Shown here: piece by piece, positions 27,577 through 36,780 of the stretch
Position numbering within the stretch: the first letter of the stretch is position 1
Layout: every line of letters starts with the position of its first letter
Virus record (IMG/VR): IMGVR_UViG_3300042465_005116
Location: 165,288 to 229,287 of that record
DNA: 64,000 nucleotides
Reading direction: 5' to 3' (one strand)
DNA from: a virus
Taxonomy: Duplodnaviria > Caudoviricetes
Notes under the pieces: model-generated
Databases searched by the model: none
Told to the model about the DNA's origin: nothing
What the model saw: only the letters and a program-made list of their open reading frames with translations
Program-made: the position numbers and the translations under genes

Positions 27577-28448
27577 TTTATTTTAACTATTTTTTTTAAT
27601 AATTTAGCGTATTCAATATGCCCTTCACTTGTCATATGTCTATCACTGCTAATATTTGGATATTTGCTTTCAAAATAATAGGAATCAAAGTTTCTTTCCA
27701 AATAATTGGATAACGCATCGTTATTTTCAACTGATATTATATTTAATTCATCCAATATTAAATCAATATCGTAATAAGTTACATCATATATATTTGTGTG
27801 TAATTTATAAAAATGTTGTTTGTTTGTATCATTAGAATATTTATCAATACGTTGTCTTAATTTAATATAATCCAAACCATTTTTAAACATACTATCATTA
27901 CTCCACGGAATAATATATAAAACAATTCCTAATGAATCACAATACTTTTTTAATTTGTATACTTCATGTAATGAAATTAATAAATTAAAATCTTCATCAA
28001 AAAAATTATTAATAAAAGTTTTCTTAATATCACTAGAATCATCAAATTCGGTAAGAACACATCGATGTTTATCTATGTTGTTTATATAAGTTTCTACTCT
28101 ATTATGATTTGGAATTTGAAACCATATTTCTAATTCGGTTACGTCTTTACTATCTGATTGCCATTTGTATATGAAATGGTATATGGAATTTATTGAGGTA
28201 TAGATACCCTTACCACCTCCTGCTAAATTATAAGATTCTTTATAATTTAACATATCACTCAATAACGATGGCCAAAGATATGGTTTGATAAATTCTCTAA
28301 ATTTAGGACATAACCAATCTATTTCAGTATGATATATTTCAAATTGAGTTACATCTATATTAGGAAACTCTAAATTAAATATTTGTGGATTATTAAACCC
28401 ACCTCCACCTGTATAAGAACATCCACCTGCAACTAAATATTTATTCAT
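27564..28448 (-). CDS. SGNH-like hydrolase paralogue
   Basis: VAGGCSYT, DRHMTSEGH. Confidence 0.6.
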   Translation of the reverse strand: MNKYLVAGGCSYTGGGGFNNPQIFNLEFPNIDVTQFEIYHTEIDWLCPKFREFIKPYLWPSLLSDMLNYKESYNLAGGGKGIYTSINSIYHFIYKWQSDSKDVTELEIWFQIPNHNRVETYINNIDKHRCVLTEFDDSSDIKKTFINNFFDEDFNLLISLHEVYKLKKYCDSLGIVLYIIPWSNDSMFKNGLDYIKLRQRIDKYSNDTNKQHFYKLHTNIYDVTYYDIDLILDELNIISVENNDALSNYLERNFDSYYFESKYPNISSDRHMTSEGHIEYAKLLKKIVKINLEN

Positions 28449-28749
28449 ATTTTAATCCGTAAAATTCATAATTTTTGTGAATAGACTCAGTATCTTTAAA
28501 TACAATGGCCTCATCTTCATCTCTATATATTGCATCAACAGGACATTCAGGTATACATGCTCCACATTTGATACATTCGATTGGGTTTATATACATTTGT
28601 TTACCAACCTTTTCCGCATCACTCATCCCAAATACTTCTCTACCCAACCCATCTATTATAATTGGGCCGTTAATACAATCTACCGGGCATACAGTAACAC
28701 AGCTAGTATCTATGCATCCATCACAGCTTTTTCCAATGATAAAACTCAT
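28441..28749 (-). CDS. second 4Fe-4S ferredoxin paralogue
   Basis: MSFIIGKSCDGCIDTSCVTVCPVDCI...CIKCGACIPECPVDAI; probable start 28749. Confidence 0.9.
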   Translation of the reverse strand: MSFIIGKSCDGCIDTSCVTVCPVDCINGPIIIDGLGREVFGMSDAEKVGKQMYINPIECIKCGACIPECPVDAIYRDEDEAIVFKDTESIHKNYEFYGLKYE

Positions 28750-29318
28750 TAATATTCGTATTCTTTTTTGGGGCCTGTTAAATTTCCGTTTAATAGAAAT
28801 GAACAATTAAAACATAACATTCTTAAATTATCATATTTGTGATTACATCTATTACCATCAGCAAAATCTAACACTAACGGAACTTTACCATCAGTAATTC
28901 TTTTTTCCTCAAACCCACAACTATTACACTTTTCTAACATATAACCATTTAGTAGTAATCTTTGTTTTAATTTCCAAATTGGATAATCTGGGTATTTGCC
29001 TGCAACAATATCATCTAATGAAAATTTACCTCTTTTGATATTAAATCCTTTACGAATTCCTTTACCATCCGGATTCTTTAAATTTTCAAAAATACCATAT
29101 TGTCTTGCGTATTTTTTATAGGTGTTGTATGATATACCTAACACTCTTGCGGCTTCCATTGCGGAACGAGCCTTTGATTGTGCATCTTTGATTTCGGATT
29201 CCATTATAGGTTTAGCACCTAATCCTCTTTTCATCCTCCTACTATTACCAGCCAAAGAAAGATTCTTAGTTGGGTCAAAGTTAGGAAATACTTTTTCCTC
29301 ATTATTCATATTTTCCAT
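28749..29318 (-). CDS. HTH plus degenerate HNH-endonuclease-like protein
   Basis: AARVLGISYNTYKKY helix-turn-helix; CNSC...LDFADGNRCNH..NLRMLCFNC. Confidence 0.65.
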   Translation of the reverse strand: MENMNNEEKVFPNFDPTKNLSLAGNSRRMKRGLGAKPIMESEIKDAQSKARSAMEAARVLGISYNTYKKYARQYGIFENLKNPDGKGIRKGFNIKRGKFSLDDIVAGKYPDYPIWKLKQRLLLNGYMLEKCNSCGFEEKRITDGKVPLVLDFADGNRCNHKYDNLRMLCFNCSFLLNGNLTGPKKEYEY

Positions 29319-29350
29319 AGTAATCTACATTTTATATAAGTATACTATAT

Positions 29351-30499
29351 TTAAATATTAAGAAAATTAATTAATTTGAATGTGTCATTAAGACCATTTG
29401 AAAAAGCTAACTTTAATATTAAATTCCTATTGTTTATAAATCTAATTTTATTATTTTTAAAATAATCATTTAAATCAACTGATTTTAAATTAATCAAATT
29501 GGTAATTATTTTATCGATTCTAACTTTAGGGTCTAATTCTAAATCATACGAGTTATCAAGTATATCATCAAACAAATCAAATCCCATATCTCTTAAACAT
29601 TTTAAATTATATGGATATGTAACGAATAGTGGTAGTTGATAAAATAAAAATGGTTTTAATGATTTTTCAGTAAGAGTATTATATTCAAATATGGTTGGAC
29701 TATAATGTATATTTTCAGTTACTAAATCTACATACGCATCTTTAAAAATGTCATTATGATGTAAATCACCTGATATGTTAGCGTTTTGGTTTTCATCCCA
29801 ACCTAAAAAGAAATTATCTATTTTAATTGGTAACTTTGATGCTACATTAGTATCCCAATAAGGTTTATCGATATATTGGTGAAAGTATGTAATATCTTTA
29901 TGTTCGTTATGAATCGTATTATTACTACCATAAAAAAATGCAGAAACTAAACCATCATTTATTAAATTATCTTTGAATAGTTTGTACAAGGTATATGCAC
30001 GAAATTCATTATGTCTACCATTTCTTGAAGTAAATAATTTTTTTCTATCAATAGTAAATGATAGATTTTCTAATACTTGTAATTGATGCCCATTGAATAC
30101 TGAAAAGGAATCATGAGTAAATGTTAGATACGCGTAGAATGGAAAGTATTTTGAATTGAATATCTTAAACTCCGTTAACTTATCAAAATCATTATCACTT
30201 ATAACATCACAAATCATTACGATTTTATCAGATGCTATTTTGTATTTTTTTTTAAATTGTAATACGTTTTCATAGACACCATAAAATCCCGAAGATTCAG
30301 TTACAGAATCAATGTAATAAGTAGTATCTAAATTTGCATATTCTAATATAGAATCACAATTATTTAAATCGTTAGAACCAATAAAAATAATATCGAACTT
30401 TTCATCTTTTATCACATTATTGATTCTTGTGATAAAAGAATTATAAAAAAAATCTATTAATCTAGTTGCCCTCGATGTATATTCTAAAATGGATTTCAT
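29351..30499 (-). CDS. GT10-like C-terminal-domain protein
   Basis: VDLVTE...LTEKSLKPF..QLP....LRDMGFDLFDDI.D.SYD. Confidence 0.5.
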   Translation of the reverse strand: MKSILEYTSRATRLIDFFYNSFITRINNVIKDEKFDIIFIGSNDLNNCDSILEYANLDTTYYIDSVTESSGFYGVYENVLQFKKKYKIASDKIVMICDVISDNDFDKLTEFKIFNSKYFPFYAYLTFTHDSFSVFNGHQLQVLENLSFTIDRKKLFTSRNGRHNEFRAYTLYKLFKDNLINDGLVSAFFYGSNNTIHNEHKDITYFHQYIDKPYWDTNVASKLPIKIDNFFLGWDENQNANISGDLHHNDIFKDAYVDLVTENIHYSPTIFEYNTLTEKSLKPFLFYQLPLFVTYPYNLKCLRDMGFDLFDDILDNSYDLELDPKVRIDKIITNLINLKSVDLNDYFKNNKIRFINNRNLILKLAFSNGLNDTFKLINFLNI

Positions 30500-31527
30500 T
30501 ACTCACGAATTAAATCAAGTGTAACACAATGCGGTCCTCCACTAAATGTCCTACTATGTCTCATCTTTATAGGTATAGAATCAATTCCATACTTCTTTAA
30601 TGTTTTCATAAGGAGTGTTTGATGTTCTTCAACCATCACAGTCTTTTCATCAATGGAAAGTATATTCATACCAAGCCAAGGTGATGCCGGACACCAATCT
30701 TCTAATACTTGAGTTGGGTATGGTTCTGGCGCCCAAACTTTATCCCAATCTCTTAAAAAATTAGGCATATTTTTATCATTAACTCGCGATGGATTTAATA
30801 ATACCAATCCTTCTCTTAGAAATACAAATGTAGTATCTATGTGAATATATGCATAAACATTTTCTGCAGTGTGAACTTTATATTTTGGGTCAAAGTTTTG
30901 TCTTAAATAATCACCTAAAAATGTTGCACCGGCTTTGTTACCTGTATTACTAACTAAATATAGGATATCATATCCACTTTTAATTATGTTAGCTGCATCG
31001 AATATTGGTTCTGGTCCGTCCATTAACGTTGGTCTACTCAAATCATTTCGATTATACATTTCATCCCCTAATTTTGGTTTAGGTAAATCAATCCAATGGT
31101 CTGGATGTATTAATGGTTTACATGTTTCTGCTTCAAATTGTCTTTGACGTAATGTCATAGGTGTTGCTAATACTTTATCTTCAATCACTAACATCGAATC
31201 TCTAGGACAATAATTATAGTACCCATCTACTTGCCATAAATCATTACCTTTCTTTTCAGAAAAATCTCTATCAACTGGTCTATGTACTACAACACCCATA
31301 TCTTTAAGAGTATCTGCTAGATTATTTAAATCTTCTTCGGTTTCATCTATTAATTGTTGTGGATAATTACCTGTTGGAATTTTTTCAAATTCGGCATCTG
31401 ATAAATGTGCGTAATCTATACAATGTAAGGATTTATCTTTAACTGTTGGTATTTGTGCATTTTTAGCAACTCCAACTATTATTTCTTTTAATTTGCCGTA
31501 TTCACTTTTTACATTAGGTATTATCAT
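30499..31527 (-). CDS. amidinotransferase (glycine/inosamine-phosphate amidinotransferase family)
   Basis: SEYGKLKEIIVG, CPRD, FDAAN, HIDTT, FSGGPHCVTLD catalytic Cys. Confidence 0.92.
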   Translation of the reverse strand: MIIPNVKSEYGKLKEIIVGVAKNAQIPTVKDKSLHCIDYAHLSDAEFEKIPTGNYPQQLIDETEEDLNNLADTLKDMGVVVHRPVDRDFSEKKGNDLWQVDGYYNYCPRDSMLVIEDKVLATPMTLRQRQFEAETCKPLIHPDHWIDLPKPKLGDEMYNRNDLSRPTLMDGPEPIFDAANIIKSGYDILYLVSNTGNKAGATFLGDYLRQNFDPKYKVHTAENVYAYIHIDTTFVFLREGLVLLNPSRVNDKNMPNFLRDWDKVWAPEPYPTQVLEDWCPASPWLGMNILSIDEKTVMVEEHQTLLMKTLKKYGIDSIPIKMRHSRTFSGGPHCVTLDLIRE

Positions 31528-31531
31528 ATAT

Positions 31532-32452
31532 TTAGTTTTTATTTATAGGTTCAAGAAAGTTATCCATTGGAGTTTTACCTGATGGTTCAAATATATAATC
31601 TTTAGTATAATCAGTTAGTTCTACTTTATTTGAGTCAATAACATTTACATCTATTAAATGATTATATATAATTTCAGCTGTGAGTTTGTTTCCTACATAT
31701 CCAGAATGGCCATCTTTTATTACACCTTTAGTTTCTTCAGTTAGGGTTAAATTATATTCATTAAAAAATTGTACGAAATCACCTTTTTTAGTTTTATTAG
31801 TTTTAGATGGAAACCATATAGTTTTACTAATATAATCTGGAGTATATCTATTGTATTTTGGATTAAAATTTATATTACCTAAAATAAAATATTTAAAATT
31901 ATGTAATTCTAAAAATGATAAAAGTAATATAAAATTCCTTTCATATAATTTATGTTCTATATTAAAATTTATGGTTTTTTTTATAATTTGATTAAATAAT
32001 TCTTCATTATCAATTATTGTTTTAGTTATTTCCGGTGTATCATAAAAATAAGTACTTGCAATTCCATGCATGACACCTGTATCATTACCATCCTTAATAC
32101 TATAATTACATATTATATACTCATTTAAATCATTTAAATAATATTCTTTCCTACCCAACGAAGCTATTTCAAATAAAAAAATACTATCTTTAGAAATATT
32201 ATCTTTTTGTTCTATTAAATCAAAAAAAACTCTATGAGTTCGTTCATTACCATAGCCAGATTTAGCTAAATTATGTATTTTTATATCATTTCCTAATAAT
32301 GATTGAAGTTGACCTGGCCAGGAGAAATTGAATTGATTTAACTCAATTCCCAAATGGTCATATAATCTTGATAATTTTAAATCCTTTTCGGAAAATTCAA
32401 ATCCACCCCCTTCAGTATATGAAGTACCAAAACAATATACGTTTTTTAACAT
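31532..32452 (-). CDS. SGNH-like hydrolase paralogue
   Basis: FGTSYTEG, GYGNER, DGHSG. Confidence 0.65.
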   Translation of the reverse strand: MLKNVYCFGTSYTEGGGFEFSEKDLKLSRLYDHLGIELNQFNFSWPGQLQSLLGNDIKIHNLAKSGYGNERTHRVFFDLIEQKDNISKDSIFLFEIASLGRKEYYLNDLNEYIICNYSIKDGNDTGVMHGIASTYFYDTPEITKTIIDNEELFNQIIKKTINFNIEHKLYERNFILLLSFLELHNFKYFILGNINFNPKYNRYTPDYISKTIWFPSKTNKTKKGDFVQFFNEYNLTLTEETKGVIKDGHSGYVGNKLTAEIIYNHLIDVNVIDSNKVELTDYTKDYIFEPSGKTPMDNFLEPINKN

Positions 32453-32454
32453 TG

Positions 32455-32670
32455 TTATTTATTTTTTTTTAGTCCGTATTTAATCCAACGATACCATATT
32501 CTTTCGTGTAAGTAATACTGAATAGGTTTATAAACTAATTCTGCCACTCCAAATGCAGTTCCAACTTTAATTGAACCACTTATCCACCACATCAATAAGA
32601 ATCCGATTAAGGTACTTAAAATTCGATATGAGATGGTTTTAGCAATGTGTCTCCTTTTATCTACGGTCAT
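32455..32670 (-). CDS. DUF2061-like small membrane protein
   Basis: RHIAKTISYRILST ... YYLHERIW. Confidence 0.8.
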   Translation of the reverse strand: MTVDKRRHIAKTISYRILSTLIGFLLMWWISGSIKVGTAFGVAELVYKPIQYYLHERIWYRWIKYGLKKNK

Positions 32671-33065
32671 AACTTACCATCTGTTTTCAGTTGTTCTCTG
32701 ATAGCAGTTGCAGATATTTCCTTTATCTCATCTGGAGGACAATGTTCTATCACATCATATCCTACACCCCTGCCAATATTAATTGATTCAATATCGGGTA
32801 TGATAATAATTTTAACTTTACCTTCTTGGATGATATCCAACAATTCATGTGTAAGATTTTGTAATACTTCTAATGGAGTCCACGGGTTTTTCTCATCTGC
32901 TTCTACATCTCTAATACAAATAAGAACTTTTTTACCCTCATTCAATCGTTGGTCGATTAACCAACGATGACCTTCATGCCAGGGTTGCCATCTTCCAATA
33001 TACATTGAATACTTTACATCATTTGATGATGATTTAAAAGCAGCCTGTGCTAAATACTTTTTCAT
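32667..33065 (-). CDS. HxGH-superfamily nucleotidyltransferase (cytidyltransferase-like)
   Basis: IGRWQPWHEGH, ENPW, ISATAIR. Confidence 0.8.
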   Translation of the reverse strand: MKKYLAQAAFKSSSNDVKYSMYIGRWQPWHEGHRWLIDQRLNEGKKVLICIRDVEADEKNPWTPLEVLQNLTHELLDIIQEGKVKIIIIPDIESINIGRGVGYDVIEHCPPDEIKEISATAIREQLKTDGKL

Positions 33066-33535
33066 TATAACTTGTTGATTTTATTAAGATTATTTATTAA
33101 TTTTGAAAATGAGGTATCCGGTGAATCCTTTGTAGTATTAATATCAATAAAGTTCACTTGCGGTTGTTCGTAGTTAGAAACGTGAAAATGGTCTCTTTCT
33201 CTTGCTTCGGTAGTATGTACAAATATTTCAACAATATCGTTACCGATTTTATCTTTGAATTCTTCTCTTAAATCTAAATATGGGGCTACTAATGATACTA
33301 CTACATCACATTCGCATGTATGTAAGTATTCTACTAATGCTTGTGCATTTTTAATGTTAGTACGTCTACCTTGTTCTGAATAATCTTTATTCTGATAGAT
33401 ATCTCGTAAATGGTCTCCATCAACATGAAAAACTGATTTTCTCCAATTACGTTTTTCAGTTTGTAAAAACTTATGTAACTTACTTCCTAATACAGTCTTA
33501 CCAGCACAAGGCTGACCAGTAAACCAATATATCAT
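33065..33535 (-). CDS. cysC: adenylylsulfate (APS) kinase
   Basis: WFTGQPCAGKT, VDGD.LR, DYSEQGR.TNI, VVSLVAPY...R, YEQP. Confidence 0.88.
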   Translation of the reverse strand: MIYWFTGQPCAGKTVLGSKLHKFLQTEKRNWRKSVFHVDGDHLRDIYQNKDYSEQGRRTNIKNAQALVEYLHTCECDVVVSLVAPYLDLREEFKDKIGNDIVEIFVHTTEARERDHFHVSNYEQPQVNFIDINTTKDSPDTSFSKLINNLNKINKL

Positions 33536-33551
33536 AACTTATTTCTTTTTT

Positions 33552-34388
33552 TTATGCCAATAAAGAATAATATTCTTTAAAGTGTTTTATTCTATCCGGT
33601 AATCCAATCGTTCCACCATTTACTCTTTTAGTAATTTTTGTTACTACTGCATCACTTGCTCCTTCATCTGCTATCTTATGTAATCCATTTTTAGAAAAGA
33701 ACCATGCTGCTGATGCAAGTGCATATTGTGATGCTACTAACTCTGGATTAGCACATACATCTACTCCGATTGATTTACCAAATGCGGTATAGTTTTCTTT
33801 TCCTGTTAATTGAATATATCCTCTACCACAAAACTTTGCACCATCACCACTTGCTTCAGTTCCATTACCCATTCTATTTGAGTAAACTTTGTTTGCAATC
33901 TTTGCAGGTTGTCTTTCGTATGCTTTAGCCAGGGCTTCAGTTGGGAAATACTTTTTAAATATACCCATCAATCCCTTTGCAGAATAGTTTAGGTTTTCTT
34001 TTGTTAAACGGAATCCACCACTCTCATGTCCACATTGTGCAAGAAAGTGTGCAACTCTTAATGGAGTATTGATTCCAAATTTAGTTGCAACTTCGGGGAT
34101 TGAATCGATTACAACTTGAGGAACATGTCCTTTAAGTTTATCTAATTTCAATCCACTTACGGATGGAGTTGATACTACCGGCTGTGGTGTTACTTCAACA
34201 CTTTCACCCATAATCATTCCCCATGTTTTATCACCAACTATACCATCGGGTGTTAATCCATTTTTTAATTGAAATGCTTTTACTGCCTCTTCGGTTTTAG
34301 GACCGAAATTAGTAACTGCTGGGGATATCCCCAACTTTTCTTGCATTAACTTTACACTTTCGTTATTATCACCCTTTTTTAATAACAT
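33552..34388 (-). CDS. endolysin: peptidoglycan-binding domain plus GH19 catalytic domain
   Basis: FGPKTEEAVKAFQ..GLTPDGIVG; FLAQCGHESGGF, ENLNYS, GRGYIQLTG, RVNGG..GL.DR. Confidence 0.93.
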   Translation of the reverse strand: MLLKKGDNNESVKLMQEKLGISPAVTNFGPKTEEAVKAFQLKNGLTPDGIVGDKTWGMIMGESVEVTPQPVVSTPSVSGLKLDKLKGHVPQVVIDSIPEVATKFGINTPLRVAHFLAQCGHESGGFRLTKENLNYSAKGLMGIFKKYFPTEALAKAYERQPAKIANKVYSNRMGNGTEASGDGAKFCGRGYIQLTGKENYTAFGKSIGVDVCANPELVASQYALASAAWFFSKNGLHKIADEGASDAVVTKITKRVNGGTIGLPDRIKHFKEYYSLLA

Positions 34389-34402
34389 ATAAATCTCCTA
34401 TT

Positions 34403-34918
34403 CTAATCTAAATTTGATTTTAATTTACTACTAATTCTACCTAACTCCATTTTATCAATACCCAATCCATCAATTATTTTTGCTAATAATTTAATTTTTT
34501 GGTTGTATGATAATTCTTTACCATTCATTAGTTCTAATGCTTTTTCAAATTTTATTTTGATTGCCGCCGGAATTACTGCTGTGTTTATTTCATCAGCACC
34601 TTCCATAATTTTTTTCAACTTCATAATTCGATTTTCTCCATATTGTTCATCTTCATCATCTAATCCCATAGCAACAGCTGCAGGTTGTACATGATGGTTT
34701 GGTAACATTAAACCATATTCGGTTTTTAATCTATTAAGAATTTCTTTTTTAATATGATTAGGTAACCCTTTATGTGTGGTTGATGCAAAATCCTTAGCAT
34801 CTTTATCAGTCATATCTTTTGCCACCTTTGCAACTTCTGGACTTGCAGGTTCACCACCTTTTTGAGCGGCATGAACCATTCCCATAAATCGTTGTTGTGC
34901 TTTTGATACTGCTGGCAT
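34403..34918 (-). CDS. phage protein with a DUF3008-like N-terminus
   Basis: MPAVSKAQQRFMGMVHA..KG...FAST.HKGLP. Confidence 0.65.
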   Translation of the reverse strand: MPAVSKAQQRFMGMVHAAQKGGEPASPEVAKVAKDMTDKDAKDFASTTHKGLPNHIKKEILNRLKTEYGLMLPNHHVQPAAVAMGLDDEDEQYGENRIMKLKKIMEGADEINTAVIPAAIKIKFEKALELMNGKELSYNQKIKLLAKIIDGLGIDKMELGRISSKLKSNLD

Positions 34919-34921
34919 TTA

Positions 34922-35110
34922 TTATTCAGATTCAGTAGTGAATAATATATATTTACAAGAATCGGTAGCTGGTTTGTCTGCATCATCATCTGCATAATAA
35001 ACTTGATGAACATCTAACCATGCTTGGCATTCTTCTAATGTTGTAAATGTTTGAGTACCTTCAACTGATTCAGTACTTCCTGATAATGTAATTTTGTAAT
35101 TTGTTGCCAT
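34922..35110 (-). CDS. hypothetical protein
   Basis: ORF track. Confidence 0.5.
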   Translation of the reverse strand: MATNYKITLSGSTESVEGTQTFTTLEECQAWLDVHQVYYADDDADKPATDSCKYILFTTESE

Positions 35111-35172
35111 TTGTGTTTTCCTTTTTTAGTTTTATAATAGTCAATATAACTATTTGATATAAATATAAACTT

Positions 35173-35700
35173 TTAATGTTTTATATGCTGAACTCTCCAC
35201 TTTACGTTCTTTGTTTTCAACATTTGTTTTGCTGCTGATACATTTTTCTCTGAATCATCCACAAAATAAATATCATCATACCCCTCCTTATCAATCATAT
35301 TTTCAATCCAATCTGCTTTATCTTTTGGATTATTAGATGCAAGTGCAACTACATAAATCTTTTTAGAATTTATACCAATATCGTTTAAATATTTTTTGAT
35401 TGGTTGATAAGCTGCTCGTGCTGTTAGGATATACACTACCTCTTTACTTTTTTGAACGATACCTCTAAGAATTTTAGTTATCTTTTGTATCTCTTGTGGT
35501 TCTTTTACCTGTTCAAAATCTTTAAAATCGTAAACATCACCAGGTTTTTCAGTATACACCGCATATTGACCAGGAGTTAATTTACTTTTCATTCCATTTG
35601 CATGGGTGACGTAGATATAAGAGTTTGTTTTGACAAGGGTATCATCAAAATCAAATATTCGTAGGTTTTTACTTTCAGTAAATAAATTTCTTGAAATCAT
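35173..35700 (-). CDS. HAD-superfamily phosphatase-like protein
   Basis: IFDFDDTL, ILTAR, K, FVDDSEKN. Confidence 0.75.
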   Translation of the reverse strand: MISRNLFTESKNLRIFDFDDTLVKTNSYIYVTHANGMKSKLTPGQYAVYTEKPGDVYDFKDFEQVKEPQEIQKITKILRGIVQKSKEVVYILTARAAYQPIKKYLNDIGINSKKIYVVALASNNPKDKADWIENMIDKEGYDDIYFVDDSEKNVSAAKQMLKTKNVKWRVQHIKH

Positions 35701-35735
35701 AGATGTATATAAATATTACTAACCTTTTTAATGAG

Positions 35736-35767
35736 TAAAGATACGAAAAAAAGCTTATATTTCCAAA
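35736..35767 (-). promoter_or_regulatory. Bacteroidota-type promoter
   Basis: TTTG-N20-TATCTTTA. Confidence 0.65.
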
Positions 35768-35783
35768 TTTATTTAATAATTTT

Positions 35784-36776
35784 TTAATTAGTTGGGGTAT
35801 GTGAATTATGATGTCTATTAAGGTGCATACTTAAATGATGACTTATTATTGTCATAGCAATATCAAAATTATTATTTAATTTTTCTTGAGTTGTTGGTAA
35901 CATATAAAATTCAGATGTAATATTATCACAAAATTCATTATCCGATTCGAAGAAAAACTCTATACCTAATTCTTTTAAATAATTTTCAAGTGGTTTATTC
36001 TCAGGGTATATATGAAACACGTTTCTACATAATAATGGAAAAATTGTTCTTTTAGAGACCGATGATATATTTTCACCTATTTCATTTGGATGGGTTTTAT
36101 ATGGAACAACTGCTTCTGATATTATATCAAAATAAGAATTAAAATGTGCTTCAAATAATCCTACATCTTGTGCATTTTGGTCTTCCCACGGGATAATATT
36201 TTCTTGACTTGGATGACATAAATTAAGATTATCTAACCAAAAATAATCTAAATTTGGGTATTCTATTTCACTATTATAGTCTTTATATAGTAAATAATTA
36301 AAATGGTCTTTACCTCTATTTCTAAAACATATTAAATTTTTTTCATTAATTAAACCATTATCACGCAAGAATAGTATAACATAATCTCGCCACGGCTTTC
36401 TACATGCAGAAAAGTATTTTAATAAGTATTTTCTTTCATTTATAACCGATTTTTCAAATAATGTAAATGAATTGATATGCATATGATACCAATTTGATGC
36501 TTCAATAGATGGAAAATATATTTTATTATTTGGATATGTTTTATCAAAATACATTTTTAATGGCTGTGTAAATCCATTGATATATGTTTTTAGACTGTTT
36601 TTAGCACAAAATAAAATAATATCCCATAAACGTTGTGGTAAATCTTCTTGATAATCAAATACTATTAATGATGAATTCATTAAAATTGATTCAATTACAT
36701 CGATTGGTTGATTTTCAAATAATGGATGGGTATCTAAATTAAATGTATTATTAATTATTATAACCTTATCATCCAT
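35784..36776 (-). CDS. GT10-like C-terminal-domain protein (divergent)
   Basis: YFDIISEA...SKRTIFPL..LKELGIE; resembles 24487 and 29351. Confidence 0.35.
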   Translation of the reverse strand: MDDKVIIINNTFNLDTHPLFENQPIDVIESILMNSSLIVFDYQEDLPQRLWDIILFCAKNSLKTYINGFTQPLKMYFDKTYPNNKIYFPSIEASNWYHMHINSFTLFEKSVINERKYLLKYFSACRKPWRDYVILFLRDNGLINEKNLICFRNRGKDHFNYLLYKDYNSEIEYPNLDYFWLDNLNLCHPSQENIIPWEDQNAQDVGLFEAHFNSYFDIISEAVVPYKTHPNEIGENISSVSKRTIFPLLCRNVFHIYPENKPLENYLKELGIEFFFESDNEFCDNITSEFYMLPTTQEKLNNNFDIAMTIISHHLSMHLNRHHNSHTPTN

Positions 36777-36780
36777 ATGA

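Noticed and set aside
28749-29318. Active mobile homing endonuclease
   Set aside because: The catalytic His positions are substituted and no intron or insertion context is evident.
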